From Octopus vulgaris (Eukaryota), in contig OX597833.1 in NCBI GenBank assembly GCA_951406725.2, positions 38,626,001 through 38,690,000 on the forward strand: a stretch of 64,000 bases of DNA, written 5' to 3'. Both the position numbers and the translations under genes were made by a program. Positions within the stretch are counted from its first letter, which is position 1; each line of letters opens with the position of its first letter. Below, in pieces: positions 25,596 to 40,145 of this stretch. The notes under the pieces are model-generated. The model saw nothing but the letters and a program-made list of their open reading frames with translations, had not been told where the DNA came from and ran no database searches.

Positions 25596-26561
25596 CCATG
25601 TATGTTTTTTGGCTGATACTTCAACAATGAGTTACTTAAGTTTTGTTTCCACTTGTCAAATATACTTCTCTCTCTCTCTCTTGTGTATGTGTGTGTGTGC
25701 ATGTGTGTGTGTGTGTGTGTATATTTCTATATATGCACATGCGTGCGTATAAACATACATGTAATGCATAAATGTGTGTGAATGCATGTCAAAAATAAAA
25801 TCAATATGGAAGTTTCAAAGAAGGCCCCAGTTCTAAGACAGCAAGGCCCCAGCTCCAAGACAGCAAAGTGCCTTAAGAGTCTTCAATGACAGCTCTAAGG
25901 AAATATGTGGAAAACAAAAAAGAAAAAGAATACAACAAAACAAAATATCATGTTTGTCCCTCCTAATGGGTCAGCTATAAGAATTGGTTTCCTTTCAAGT
26001 TTCTGATCACCATCATCATTTTTATAAATTATATAGTTTGCTTTTTGAGAACTGATTTCAGGAATAACATTATATATTTAATTTTTTTTTAGCTATATTT
26101 TGCTTTCACAACTTTTTTTTTATATCAGGCAGGTTTTACTTTTATTTCTATGTTTGTTAGTTTTTTTTTGTTGAAAATTCTAAATGAATATTTTTCTTTA
26201 AATAAATAAATTTAAAAAAAAAGGTTGAGAAATAAAATTAATAAACAATAAGTAAAAGAAAAACTAAAAGAAAAAAAATTTGAACATGAATTTATATATA
26301 TATATAGAGATGGAGAAATGGATGATGAGGATAATGATGATGATGCAGGCTAGGAGAATGGGTTCTGAGACATTTCAAGTGACTAACAACTGAAGGAACA
26401 CAGGTTCAATCAAATAATTGTGTTTCTAGTTGTTCTTGTGTTGTTCATCAATTCCTACTTATTTGAAAAATGGTTAGCATTTTCAATCTCCACCAGTATG
26501 GGTACAGGCTGCCTTAAAGTGGAAGTTATAACAATAAGTCATGAAAATGTTAAGGAATGAA

Positions 26562-26594
<33 letters not shown>

Positions 26595-29384
26595 GTGGTC
26601 ATCATCATCTCTAATATCATTATCATTAATATCATCATCATCATCATCATCGTGTTTTATTTATTCGTTATCTTCTTTTCTATCCTGGCAAATCAGTATG
26701 GAATGCCTAAATGGCAGTTTTCTACAAACCTTGCTTGCAAGTCATCTCTTCTGTGGGTCAATCCAATAATCTAAGTCTCATTTTGACCACATATTCCCAG
26801 ATCTTAGTTGTCTTGCCTCTGCAATGTTTTTGCCTATTAATTGATCTTTTAGACACAGCTATACGACATGAATATCTAGCTGATGTCTTGTCTTTAAATA
26901 GTTGCAAGATACAAAAAAAAAAAAAACAAACAAAAAAAAAGTTGTTGCTACTTTAGTTACTAACTGTTTAGTGATCTGCTCCTCTCAAACCTGGTACACA
27001 TACAACAGAACAACACTGGCCCATCATCTCAGCCCTCTTGTTTCCATAGCAAGAAATGGAGGAGAGTATCTACTTCTTTTCACTGAGTAATCTGGTCCCA
27101 TACCTAACAAACTAGTAATGTCAATTTTGGAATGGTTACAGAAGTGAGATCAGTCAGGCTGCTTTTTATGGACATTTGACAATTACCTTTGGAACAATGT
27201 CTGCCAAACAGAAAGTGAGTCATTGGACATTACTCCCTTTTAGAAAATGGCAGCCACTTAACTGTGTATTCTTCTCTATAGACAATGGGTTATTGAAATA
27301 TTATCTTTATATATACAGCAGAAGTTGTTGAATTGTAGTATCAGAAGTATCCTTTCTACCAGAGGCACAAAGCCTGAAATTTTGTGGGAGGGACCTAGTC
27401 AATGACACTGACCCAAGTGTTCAGCTGGTACTTATTGACTTATTGCTTGCTAACAATTCTGCCAGTTCCACTACCTTTGTAGTTTCTGAAATACAGCATC
27501 AGTCTTAAGACAAATGATTTTCAACAGACAGAAGAGGAACAGCATCAAAGTTTGCAGTTTCGACTGCAAGAAAGCTTTTATGAGGGATGAAAAGTTGTAA
27601 CCTAAGACAAGGTTTTGGAACACTTGTCATGTGGTATGAAAAACATACAAAGAGGATCCTGTCACACATGTGTTACAAACCCTAAATTCTGTTGGAAGAA
27701 CTTATGACCAAATAAATGTAAAATGTACTGAGAGTGGTCTGGAGAGTAAAGTACTTCTACAACAATCTATTTCAAAGGAAGTCCACATTTTGCTGGTTTT
27801 GTTGAAGAGTTATAAGAAATGTTTCAAAACCTGGACCAATAATGTGGAGTTTAAAAGTCTAAAGGTTCAAATGATGATGGCAAAAGGCAATTAGATAATT
27901 TTTAGAGTACAAAAAAAAAAAGCTAAACAGAATAGTACCATCAAAGTGATATAAGCCTTCTTTATATGGTTTAGTTAGAAGTAGAATGGTAGTATCAATG
28001 ACTTATTTTTAGCAAGATCTCTGAGAGTGCCTGGGGATGAGAGAGGAGGACATCATACATTTTATCGGATGCAGCTGTCCATTGTTAATCAGCTAGAGGA
28101 GATGTCCTTTTGGGGTTAAAAAAATCACAGTAAAATCCGCTCAAATGGACAGCCATGTTAAAGTGGCTACAAATATTACTGGTCAATACATTACTGTATT
28201 TGGCAGCAGTGTATCAAGGTACAGAATTATCTTCATATCAATCAAAGAGTTATTCCAAATACTTGCAACAGATTGGTACCCAAGGGCCGCATGCTAGATT
28301 TCAGACAATATATAGAGGAGAGATATAAACTCAGTAGCTTGTAATAAATAAATGTAAAGGGCACAGAAAAAGCTGTAAAACTAACAAGATCCTACCTCTT
28401 TAAATGGTTATGTAATGACACCCATGATTTGCTCAATTAACTTGGTGAAGGTAATTATATTTTTTCTTCAGGTGACCTAATTAGAGTAACTGGTGGCTGT
28501 AGCAGCTAAAGCACAGTAGTAAGACATGGGAAGAAGTTGAGAGCTGTAGGCATCAAAAGGTTTCTTTCTCAATACAAAGAGTGATGACTATGAGACATTA
28601 TTCGCTGCCATTAGCTAGTGAGACCTAGGTTATTGAAAGTGGAAAGTGTGGAGGAGCGAGAGAAAATGAGTCAAGTACCGTCATAACTAGCATGAAATAT
28701 ACAGTTCACAAATGAGCTGAGAAGGTAGATAGACATTAAAAGTTTCGGCCTAAGTTAGACCTGGTTAAGTAGACCTATGGTCAATAGCATTCCAGCTATG
28801 ATCATCCCAGCTTTCCATTAAATTAATCTCAGATTTAAATTTTTCCAAATATGTCCCTTGTTCTATTTTTTTTCCTTTACATTAAAAAAAAAAAAAAAAA
28901 AAAAGATTTGAGAATGATTTGGCTGTTATACCATCAAATAGGCTGACCGGCCCTGTAGATATATAGATGTTCCCTCACTGGCTAAAGGCATAAAATATAT
29001 AAAAACAAAGTACATAGGAGAGGCAAATACACTGGAACAGCCACTGTTGACCACCTATAGGGCGTAGGTGTGAAGTGGACTGTCAGTAGTAACTATAGTG
29101 TAGGCGGACCCCATAAAAGATATGAGAAAAAGTGGTTAAAGTTAGATATATAAATGTTGGGCCCTAAGAGATGCTGGAGGATTGAGAAAACTGCCACTAC
29201 ACTGTATTTGGGACCTAATAAATTCATGTCAGCATAAAAAAATTGTATGCTAAAACAATGATGATGATGATGATATATAATTATATATAAAATATATTTA
29301 TCTCTGTGTGCTGTCTATGTATGTTTATATGCTTCTCATGTATACACACACAAACCATTATATATATATACATATACACACACA

Positions 29385-29437
<53 letters not shown>

Positions 29438-29562
29438 CTTGTATTAGTATGGAAATTGTACATTAACATATAAGTTATTAAACTGCCATGGGATAAGCAG
29501 GCAACTGCACTGTTGCTGTCCATCTGGCAGGGGTCACCTGGTCTAGGAGGCCAGAGATCATT

Positions 29563-29623
29563 TTACTTGACAGGATAAGAATTTGTGGCTTGTCTCGTCG
29601 CGACCCATCCAGTGAAAACATCT
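29563..29623 (-). CDS. TOX: TOX-family HMG-box protein, last coding exon
   Basis: ttgcag|A GAT GTT.. reads (R)DVFTGWVATRQATNSYPVK*, matching the TOX4 C-terminus RDVFLAWVASRN. Phase 2 fits the previous exon. Confidence 0.9.
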
Positions 29624-32039
29624 CTGCAATAAAGAAGAAAATACACAGGTAAATTTAATTGCAATTAATAAATTCATTGGAGAAAAAAAAATCCTACAAT
29701 TATAACAACAATAACAACAAATTGCTCATTTATAACAGAAACCTGAAATCTGAATAGTTTCATGTCTTGCACCCACTTCAGGACACAACTGTGATTGCTG
29801 TAGGATTTAAAATTGTTATAGATAGGAATGAGGTTAGTATGCAATGTAATGTAAGTATACATGTGCAACAGAGTGCAAGTGTATTGCGAGAGAAGTTAGG
29901 TATAAGAGGAATTAGATGCAGTGTGCAAGAGAGAAGACTGCACTGGTTTGGTCATGTGATGTGTATGGATGGAACTCATGGAAGAGGGAGACCCAGGAAG
30001 ACGTGATGAAGTACTGAAGGACACTGAACCTGTAAAACTGGGTTTTGTTATAACTGAACATAAAAACAAACAAACATATATATATATATATGACTTTTAT
30101 ATATTATATATATTGTTTAACCGGATGAATGTGAGTTTGTCCTTTAATTGGAATAATTTCCAAAGATTTCTAATGTCTTTTCTTCATTACTTCTGAATTT
30201 ACTTATATAAATTTGTATAAATATGAAAACTTCTATAGAAATAATCAGTGTATGATTTAACTTATAAGTTAAATCATATATATATGTTTATGCATATCAT
30301 GTGTGTAGTTTGATTTAGCCTGGTTTCAATGTAAAGAAAAGGAAATAAAGCAGAGTTTTTGTAAGAAAGAGGGAATGAGATGAAATTGTGGGTCAGAGGA
30401 GTAGTAAGAGTAAATGTGTTGAATCAGGCTGGTGGTTGACCAGGAGGAAGGAAAGAATAAAGGAGTTCATCTTGAAATAGTGTTAGAAAATGATGGAGTT
30501 GGATTATGAGGTATTGAGATAGCGGGGGAAGGGGAGAGAGAACATGTTTAAAATGAAGGGAGAGAGAGAGAGAGATGCAAAAGAGTGGCAGGCATGGCTG
30601 TGTACTAAGAAGCTTGGTTTTCAACCACACAGTTCTGGGTTCAGTTCCACTGCGTAGCACCTAGAGTAATTATCTTCTACAACAGGCCCAGGTTGATCAA
30701 AGCCTTGTGAGTAGATTTTAGATTTGTTAGATGGAAATTGAAAGAAGCCCATTGTATATGTGTGTATGTGTGTGTGTGTGTGTATTTGTCCCCCACCAGT
30801 GTTTGAGAGTTTACATCCAAATATCTTAGCACTTTGGCAGAAGAGACTGACAGAATAAGTACCAGGCTTTAAAAAAAAAGAAGTACTGGGGTTGAAAGAA
30901 GTAAAAAGGTAAAACAATATATGTGCGTGCATATATGTATGTATGTATGTAGGGAGAGTGAAAGGAAGAGACATATTTTAAGAAATAGAGACAAACAGTG
31001 AAAATTATAAAGGGAAAAAGATGTAGAAAAACGTGTATATATATATACGCCAAATGAGAGCAGAGCTGGTTAGAGGTGCATTAATCAATTAGGGTACAGG
31101 TAGCAAAGGTGGAAAATTGCAAAGCAAGTGGAGTGATGGTGGTAGGAGTAAGAGTAGCAGTGGGGAAACAATAAGATGAATCAACAACTGTAAAAACAAA
31201 AATTTGGTTAAAAAGAGAAGATTGCTAAAAGATATCCACAGCGATTTCTATCAAACAACAAAACAGTCTCTAGCATTGCTCTCTGCTGATATTCAAGCCA
31301 TCGTAACTTATTATAGCTAATCCTGCCAGGTATGGGCGTGTGGTAAGAAGCTTGCTTCCCAATCATGTGGTCTTAGGTTCATTCCCACTGTGCAGCACCT
31401 TGGGCAAGTGTCTTTTACTATAGCCTTGCCCCTGCCAAGGTCTTGAGAGTGAATTTAGTAGATGGTAACTGAAAGAAACCTCTTGTATACATGTATGTGT
31501 GTGTGTCTTTGTGTTTGTCTCCTGCCACTGCTTGGCAACCAGCATTGGTTTGTTTACATCCTTGTATGTAACCTAGTAGTTTGGCAAAAAGAGACTGATA
31601 CAATAAATACCAGGCTTAAAAAGCAAAAAAAAAGCACTGGGGTTGATTTGTTTGACTCAAATCTTCAAGGTGTTGCCCCAACATGGTCGCAGTCCAAAGA
31701 TTGAAACAAGTAAAAGATAAAAGAGAAAAATAACCAAAGCAACAGGAAAATGAATGTGGGCAGCAGAACAAGTACAAGTGTGGGAGGGAATGAAGGCTGA
31801 AATAACCAATAAGAGAACAGAATGGGATAAAAATGAGTAGAGGTGAGAGTTAGAAAGAGAACAGACAAACTTATACCTAACAGTGTCAAACACATATGGT
31901 TCCCTAAGTGGTTGCTTGTATTACAAGGGAGATAATTATATCTTTATAATATTTGGTGGGAGGGTAGAAATTAGAATTTGAAATTAAAGAATTATAAAGG
32001 AAAAAGATGTATAGAATTTATATATTTAATTTATTGTTA

Positions 32040-32080
<41 letters not shown>

Positions 32081-33163
32081 GAAGAAGAATTAAAAACAGG
32101 TTGATTTCTGAGAAAATATGAGAGGCAAAGAAGAAATTGACGAGCAAAAAGATGAGTATTGAAAAGAAGAGATAATGGAGCAAGAAAGAGATGGGAGTGG
32201 CATATAAGAGGTAGATGTGGTAAAAGTGATGGGGGTGATATTAGAAGATATAGATAGGACAGAGAAGATACAAAATAGCATAAAAAACAACAAAACAATA
32301 AAATACAGCAAACACATGATCAAAGGAAAAAATCAAGAAACTAGCTACTTATAAGAAAGAACTGAGAACATACCAAAGTACTATCTTCTACAACAGTTGA
32401 CAACACATAAACAGCCCTTAGATAGCAAAACAGCCCAGATAGCCAAATAGAAAATACAAGAATGGAAGGAGGAAAAAAAAAAAGAAAAAAAAAAAGAGAA
32501 AAAATTCCTTGTTTTCTGTTACAAAATAAGCATTCCAACAAAGCATTCCAAAAAGCAGTAGCATGAAGAGCAGAATGGAGTTCTAGAACTGGAATAAGAC
32601 ATACTATAATTTCAGCCAAATACCAAGCATCTTGGCTGTTACAGTCAATGTCTCTCACCTTCTTCAGGTACCTGTTGTGTTCAGTAACATTCTTTGAACT
32701 TTAAATCTATGGGTACAGATAGATCACATTCTCTGGTCTGTTCCAGTATTAGGAGAAAAACTAAAACAGGAACATCCCTGGGTATGGGACAAAAGAATAA
32801 GAGCAATCTATACCCGTTACTGAATATGACAAATACCTGTAGTATAGAGAAGGCTGGAGGATACAATTCTATGACCATAGCCACCACGATGACAACACTA
32901 GCCAAAATATATTAGTGTGAAATAATTCCTCATCACAAAAATTCAGACTATATAACATATCTATTAATATTTAGCAAAAGCGACAGAGTGACCCAAAGGC
33001 CAACAGTTTCGTGCAATGGCACTTAAAACTCTTGATAAGTGCCAATGCATGAAACTCAGTGATTGAGTTACTCTGTTGCTTCTGCTAAATATCAATAAAA
33101 CAATACACATATAACTCATGTTTTGAGTTCTAGTATTCCTGATTATATCACCATATATATATA

Positions 33164-34409
33164 CAGGGTATGATGGGTAAATTGTCGCCATTTCATATTT
33201 TTAATTTTGCACATGTAGATTGTTTGTTTTTGGATTTTGTCAACTACACAGTATATTAGGGTCAGCTGAGCACTGTCTGTGAGAAAAACAGCACCATGAT
33301 GCAATTCACTCTGGCAGAAATTTGTAAACGATATGCTATACGATATGCCAGAAGCTCCAATATGAACATTTCAGAGTTTTAGGGTGTCAATCTGAAGACA
33401 GTGCAGTGGATTTGGAAAGAGTTGGATGAGTCTAATGGTGATTATGAAGGTACGGCAGCTTGGAAAACTCACTTTGATTGTTCTGATAAGAAAAGAACTG
33501 AATTTGTTGGTGAGATTCAGGCCATTGATGACAATGATCCCTCTAAGTCAATCAGGTCTATCACCAGGGACACAGGAGTGTCTGAGTTTCTTATCAGGCA
33601 GGTAGTGCATGAAAACATTTGGTATTTCTCATACAAGATGAGAAAAGGCCACTTTTTATCCCAAGTCATCAAAGACAAGAGGAAAGACCATGCCATGAAG
33701 CTTTTGAACAAACTCAAGCAGGCCCTCCAAGCAAACATGCTTTAGTTTTTCTCAGACGAGAAAAACTTCTGCCAAGATCAGATGGTGAACACACAGAACT
33801 GTTGGCCTGCCGTGTCCCAAAATCATGTACTGAGAGTGATAAAAATCAAATATCCAGTCAACATCATGGTCTTTGGAGTGATCACTAGTGATAGCGATGT
33901 TATGCCTCCAATCATCTTCCCACACAGCCTCAGATTCAACACGGAAGCCTACATCAAGTGACTGGAGGAAGTAGTGCTGCCTTGTGTCAAGAGGGTGGTT
34001 ACTGGAAGACCCTATCTCTGGCAACAGGACACTGCACTATGCCACACAAGCAGGAGAAGCCAGCCAGACAATTTCTGCAACTACATCACCCCTAACATCT
34101 GGTGACCTAACTCACCAGACTGCAACCCCCTTGATTATTAGGTGTGGGGTGCAGTTGAACAAGAGACCAACGAAACTCTCTGTAGCATCAAAGATGAACT
34201 GAAGGCAAGGATTATGGCAGCATTCACCAAAAAAAACAAAGGGAACATCCAGAAGAGTTGCTGGAAATTCTGAAATTGTTTGGAAGCCATGGTTGAAGCC
34301 GATGGCGATTTTATTGAATAAATTTTTATGTAATTTCGGCAAATATATCTGTTAACATGTCAGTGTTATTTTCCTTTTTGTGTAATTTAGACGACAGTTT
34401 ATTCACCGC

Positions 34410-34415
<6 letters not shown>
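33164..34415 (+). mobile_element. Tc1/mariner-superfamily transposon (maT-like DD..D), decayed, in the last TOX intron
   Basis: TA-flanked TIRs CAGGGT..GTAAATTGTCG / CGACAGTTTATTCACCGCACCCT. Transposase motifs FSDEKNF, WQQD and PNSPDCNPLDY with in-frame stops. Confidence 0.9.
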
Positions 34416-34448
<33 letters not shown>

Positions 34449-34918
34449 ATAAGATTGTGATGAACCATTTCACTACACTTATAGCATGGCCAGCATCATC
34501 AAATTCAAACTTTTTCCTACATCAAACTCAAAAACAATGCAACCGAAATGAAGACTAGTGGCAACAGCGACATTGTAGCATGCATGCATAAACGTGCATA
34601 CATACATGCATGTACACAGTTAGATGAAACAACTATCTGACAATTATCTAAAAGTTTGCAATTCTTAAAATAAGCAATCAGCCCAGTATTATTCTGTGCA
34701 CCAACATAACATAAACACACTGTAAGCGTGTATATATATGTGTTAGTGCATACATGTGTCATGGTGATTAGAGTTTCAAGCCTAGATACCAAAAGCTTTT
34801 CGTACAGCCAGCCATACTCAATACATAACTTAACCTACTACAATAAACACACAGCCAAACCATATGCATTCCCATTCACAAGTGTTTATCAAGTACACTT
34901 GTATTTTCAAATATGTGA

Positions 34919-34971
<53 letters not shown>

Positions 34972-36739
34972 CACATACATACAGATACATGTAGGTATAG
35001 CTGTGCAGTTGAGAATCTTGTTTCTATGTAGTGTTGGTTTTATGTTCCACTGTGCGGCACCTTGGGCAAGTGTCTTCTACTATAACCCTGGGCTGACCAA
35101 AGCCATGTGAGAGGATTTGGTGGATGGAAACTGAAAGAAGTCTATTGTATATGTATATATGTATGCATGTATATGTATTTGTGTGTGTGTGTTTTTGTGT
35201 ACCCTTGTCTTAAAATTACATTATGGTTGTAAATAAACATCATCATGATACAAACGATGATGTTTATTTCCAGTCTTCCATGAGAAACATATCTGGCCAT
35301 GAGGAAGTATTTCCTTGCTTGGAAATAGGCGAGGGTTGGCAGCAGGAGTGGTATCTGGCTGTAGAATAACCTGCCTCAGCGAATTTTGTCTGACCCATGC
35401 AAAGCATGGAAAAGCAGACGTTGAGTGATTATGATGATACACACACATACATACGTATATACATACATAGATAGATAAGATATGTTTAAACTATTGCAAC
35501 AGTGGACAGTGACGAATCACTAAAACGGATGTTCACAGGGTTACCTTTGCTGTTTGACACTGAGGCAGCAGGGTCGTCCGATTTGGACTGTTTGACTGCA
35601 CAAGCCGACTCTACAAATAAAGGAGTTGTCAGTGAACGTACAGTGTGTTAATCAGTAGCAATCAGACTTTAGAGGCAAGAAACAAATTATTAATTAAAGA
35701 GAGCAAACAGTCAGAGTTAGAAGAATGTAGAAAGTGAGAGAGAGAAATATATAGACAGAGAGAGAAAGAAAGAAACAAACAGAGCACGTAAGTAAATGTG
35801 GTGTGGTTAATCCTTTTATGATTATGCTTCAAATTGAAATACATTGTTTATATAATTTTTGAAAATAATTAAGAATTTGGCAGGAATTTCAGTAAACTAA
35901 CTAACTGATGTAACTAAGATGATATTTAGAAAAATGACTGACTACTTAATTAAACTGAAAGCTTTTAATTTCAGTATGAATATTTTAACACTTTTCATGC
36001 CACAAACACTAAGCATCTCTTATCCATAATTATGAAATCCTAGTGATGCATATATGCATTGCTCAAGGCAGATGTAAAATCCCAGGGGGAATTATGTGTC
36101 TCTTTTAACTGTCCATATAGGATTTCATAGTTATAGATAAAACATGTTTACATGCGTATGTGGTATGGATGGTTTTAACAGGTGCAGGCATCCTCTTTCA
36201 AGAAGTGGGCCATGTGAGACATAACTCATTATCAGGTGGGCTGCATAGCTAAAAAAATTCAAGGTAATTTTTTGATAGGCATGCCATTCAGAAGGTCCCT
36301 TAGGCCCACGATTTGCCTATGATTACTTTAAAATATGACTGTTTTTATCATAGAACCAGACAGGATGATGTAAAAAGGGTTAAGAAACAAAGTGAAAGTG
36401 AACAAACAAAAGAGAAAAACGCCCACTTTTAATCAACAAACTATCACAATTAGCAACAGGAAGAAGTGGGTGGAGTGGAGAAAGAAAGGAACAGTGTGTG
36501 CGGTAAAAGCAAGAGTGGTAGTAGTTAGTGTCAGAGTTGTGGCTATGTTGTTAAGATTGCTTTCATTTTCTTTTTAGGAACAAAAGCAAATAAATAAATA
36601 AAAGAATTTAAAAAGTAAACATAAAATAAGAATTTGTTTGTGCATTGGTAACAACAGAGAAAATAAATTAGCAATAATTTGTGAAATATTAAAAGTAGAT
36701 TAGAACAATTTCCAAATACAAAAAAAAAAAAAAAATGAT

Positions 36740-37890
36740 AATACTTTCTACTATAGGCAAAAAGACTCAAATTTTTGTAGGAAGGTGTTTGTTGATTATA
36801 CTGACTCTAGTGCTCAACTGATATTTATTTTGTGAGCCCCACAAAAGAATGTATGGCGAAGTCAACTTTGGCTGAGTTCAGAACATAAAGACAAATGAAA
36901 TGCCACTAAGCATTTTGTTCAGCATACTAACAATTCTGCCACTGTTTCTAACATAAGCACAAGACCAGATATTGTGTGTGTGTAACTGATTAAATTGACC
37001 CACTTGTGATTGAAACTTTATTTTCTTGGTTTACTAGAACGATGAAAAAAAAAAAGCAAAGCTGACTGTGACAATATTTGAACTCAAAACATAAAGGGGC
37101 AAAAGAAATACCACAAGATATTTTGTGTGATGCTTTAACAACTGTGCCAATTCATTGTCATTAAAAATATTATAATAATAATACTAGTAATAATAATAAT
37201 GATAATAATAATAATAATAATGATGATAATAATAATAATAATAATGATAATAATAATAATAATAATGATAATAATAATAATAATAATAATCATCATCCTT
37301 TCTACTAAAGGCACAAGGCCTGAAATTTTGGGGAGAAGGGGCTAGTTGATTCCATCAACCCCAATTCTCAACTGGTACTGTATTTTATTGATTCTGGAGG
37401 GATGATGGAAAGTTGGTTGTGACGACTCAGGAACTCAGGACATAAAAAAGCAGAGCAAAACGTATGAAGCCGCAAGGTATTTGGTCCAATATGATAACTT
37501 TTTTTGCCAATCCACTGCCTCAATAATGATAATAATAATAATAATAATAATGGTTTCAGATTTTGCCACAAGGGCAGCCATTTAGGGGAAGGGGATAAAT
37601 CAATTACATCATCCCTAGTGTTTCACTTAATTTATCAACCCTGAAAGGATGAAAGGTAAAGTTGACCTAGCTGACATTTGAACTCAGAATGCAAAGAACT
37701 GGAAGAAATGCCACAAAGCATTTTGTCTGGCAATGCTAACAATTCTGCCTAATAATAATAATAATAATAATAATGATAATTTCTACTATAAGCACAGAGC
37801 CTGAAATTTTTTGGGGTGGGGACTAGTCAATTACATTGTCCCAGAGTGCAACTGGTACTTATTTAATCGCCCAACCCGAAAGGATAATAA
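36740..37890 (-). mobile_element. Head-to-tail array of about 5 SINE copies joined by (AAT)n
   Basis: Repeated TTTCTACTA..GGCACAAG.CCTGAAATTTT..CTGGTACT..GATGAAAGG..TTTGAACTCAGAA units separated by AAT runs. Confidence 0.7.
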
Positions 37891-38263
37891 ACAGCTGAAA
37901 ACTGTAAAGAGATTGCAAAAGATTATATAAAGAGACAAGACATAGCACACAAGGAGGAAGTTGGAAAGAAATGGAAGTGTGGGAGAAAAGGAGGGGGATT
38001 AGAGAGTGGGAGGTCTGATTTGAAGATGAGGAGGTGGGAGGGAGGGGAAGAGAGAGAGAGAGAGAGAGGGGGTATAAATAGAAAAGAGAAGTTGAAAAAG
38101 AATTGAATATTGTACTGACATTGAATAAATACAGTAAGTTAAAAAAGTGTAATGCGATGCAAGTGTAAACAAAGACATCAGTGATGTGTGGAGATGTCAC
38201 TACACACATACACATTTTATAGGTGTGGACAGAAAACACTAAGGCATGGAGGTATCACTGTGA

Positions 38264-38304
<41 letters not shown>

Positions 38305-38763
38305 ACACACATGTATGAAAAATGACAAGAAAAAGAATAAGCTCAATAAACACATGAACAAATGAAAACAAATGAACGTGACAGTTTTATTGTTAAAAGA
38401 AATGGTTCTGCTTTAGCTGAATAATTCATATTAGAAGAATATGAAAATAAGCAAAACTAAAGCAAATTAAAATGCCAGAAAGTAATAAAGAAACTTAAAA
38501 TTTCAATAAAAAGTTATAAACAGAAAAAAAAAAAGACAAAACAAAGCCATTAAAAAATAATGTACAGGTTTATTTTTTTTAGAGTGAAGTATGAAGAAAA
38601 TACAAAGGTTTACAGAAGTTGGTGGTCGTGAGGTTAATGAATACTATGAACTTTCTGAAATGAAAGTGAATATGTAGGATAATATCTATGAATATTATAG
38701 TCAGCCCAACAGCTTGATATTAATGCAAACTGTCTCTATCCCTTATCAGATTATGATGTCACA

Positions 38764-39126
38764 ATTCTGTATGGTTGGAAACAAACAGGTGATAGTTGTA
38801 GTAAAGGTGTACCAACAAGTCTAGCTAACTGGCCAATGTATGATAAAGCATGCAATCTTTTTTTTTGTTTAAATTGGTTAAAAGAAGAAGGAGCCAGGAT
38901 TGTGGAAATATCTATATATTTGATGCCCAGCCTGAATGCTTGCAACAGTGAACTCTGACATACAACATACATATATATAGATATTTCTACAATCCTGGCT
39001 CCTTCTTCTTTTGACAAACTTAAGCAAAAAAAGATTGCATGCATTATCATACATTGGCCAGTTAGCTAGACTGGTTGGTACACCTTTACTATAACTATCA
39101 CCTGTTTGTTTCCAACCATACAGAAT
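38764..39126. repeat. Long inverted repeat (about 155-bp arms, about 52-nt loop)
   Basis: 38764-38918 is the reverse complement of 38972-39126 with few mismatches. Confidence 0.9.
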
Positions 39127-39848
39127 ACATACGCACACACACACACATACAAACAATGGACTTTCCTGTTATTAGATGACATATGAAGATCCTGCAATTT
39201 TTTGCTTAACAACCACATGGATGATTGGTGAATAGAGATCAAATGTTTGTCTTCACATAAGCTCACTCCCTCTATCAAACTGACATTACCTGTATGGTGG
39301 CACAGTGGCACGACATGCTACATGTCAGATGACAAAATGATTGCAAGGCAGTATGAAATGAAGTGCTTTGAACACAGCAATATATAATCACCTATCTACT
39401 CAAAATAGCATCCTCAATCTTTCTGAGTAAACATCCTACAGACTTTGAAATAGGCCCAATAATTTTTAGCCAGTGGGTCTTGACACCCCCCCCCCATGAC
39501 CACCACCAAAAAACCTCCAACAAAGACAAACAGGAGGTTGATAAAAAGCTGAACTTTAGGTTTGAACCTTAAAATGGTATGTTGGTCACCTTATTTCCAC
39601 ATATGTTTGATCGATTGTTCTTGTGCCACTGGTCAACTCAAGCAGTGCTGATTGATTAGGAATACTTATATTGAAGGTTGTGTGCCATGTGAAAGGAAAC
39701 CAGTATTTTGAAGTTCACAACATTTGGTAGCACTTTTAGTATCTAGAACAAGATGCTGTCATTGTCATCAACAAAATAATAAGATAGATATATCATCATT
39801 TAACATCCGTTTTCCATACTGGCATGGGTTATATATAAGCCCAATATA

Positions 39849-40145
39849 AGGCAATGGCCCAGTGGATAGGGCAGCGGACTCGCAGTTGGAGGATTGCGGT
39901 TTCGATTCCCAGACTGGGCATTGTGTATGTTTATTGAGCAAAACACCTAAAAGCTCCACGAGGCTCCAGCAGGGGGTGGTGGCGACCCTTGTTGTACTCT
40001 TTCACCCCAACCTTCTCTCACTCTTTCTTCCTGTTTCTCGAGTAACGCTGCGATGGACTGGCGTCCCATCCAGCTGGGGGGAACACATATGCCATAGAAA
40101 CCGGGCCCATGAGCCTGGCTAGGCTTGAAAAGGGCGCATAAATAA
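39849..40145 (+). mobile_element. tRNA-derived SINE with V-domain-like segment
   Basis: A box TGGCCCAGTGG, B box GGTTTCGATTC, and CTGCGATGGACTGGCGTCCCATCCAG resembling the V-SINE conserved domain. Confidence 0.6.

Noticed and set aside
22000-29562. Extent of the TOX 3' UTR and poly(A) site
   Set aside because: There are many AATAAA candidates in AT-rich DNA, and one cannot be chosen without transcript data.
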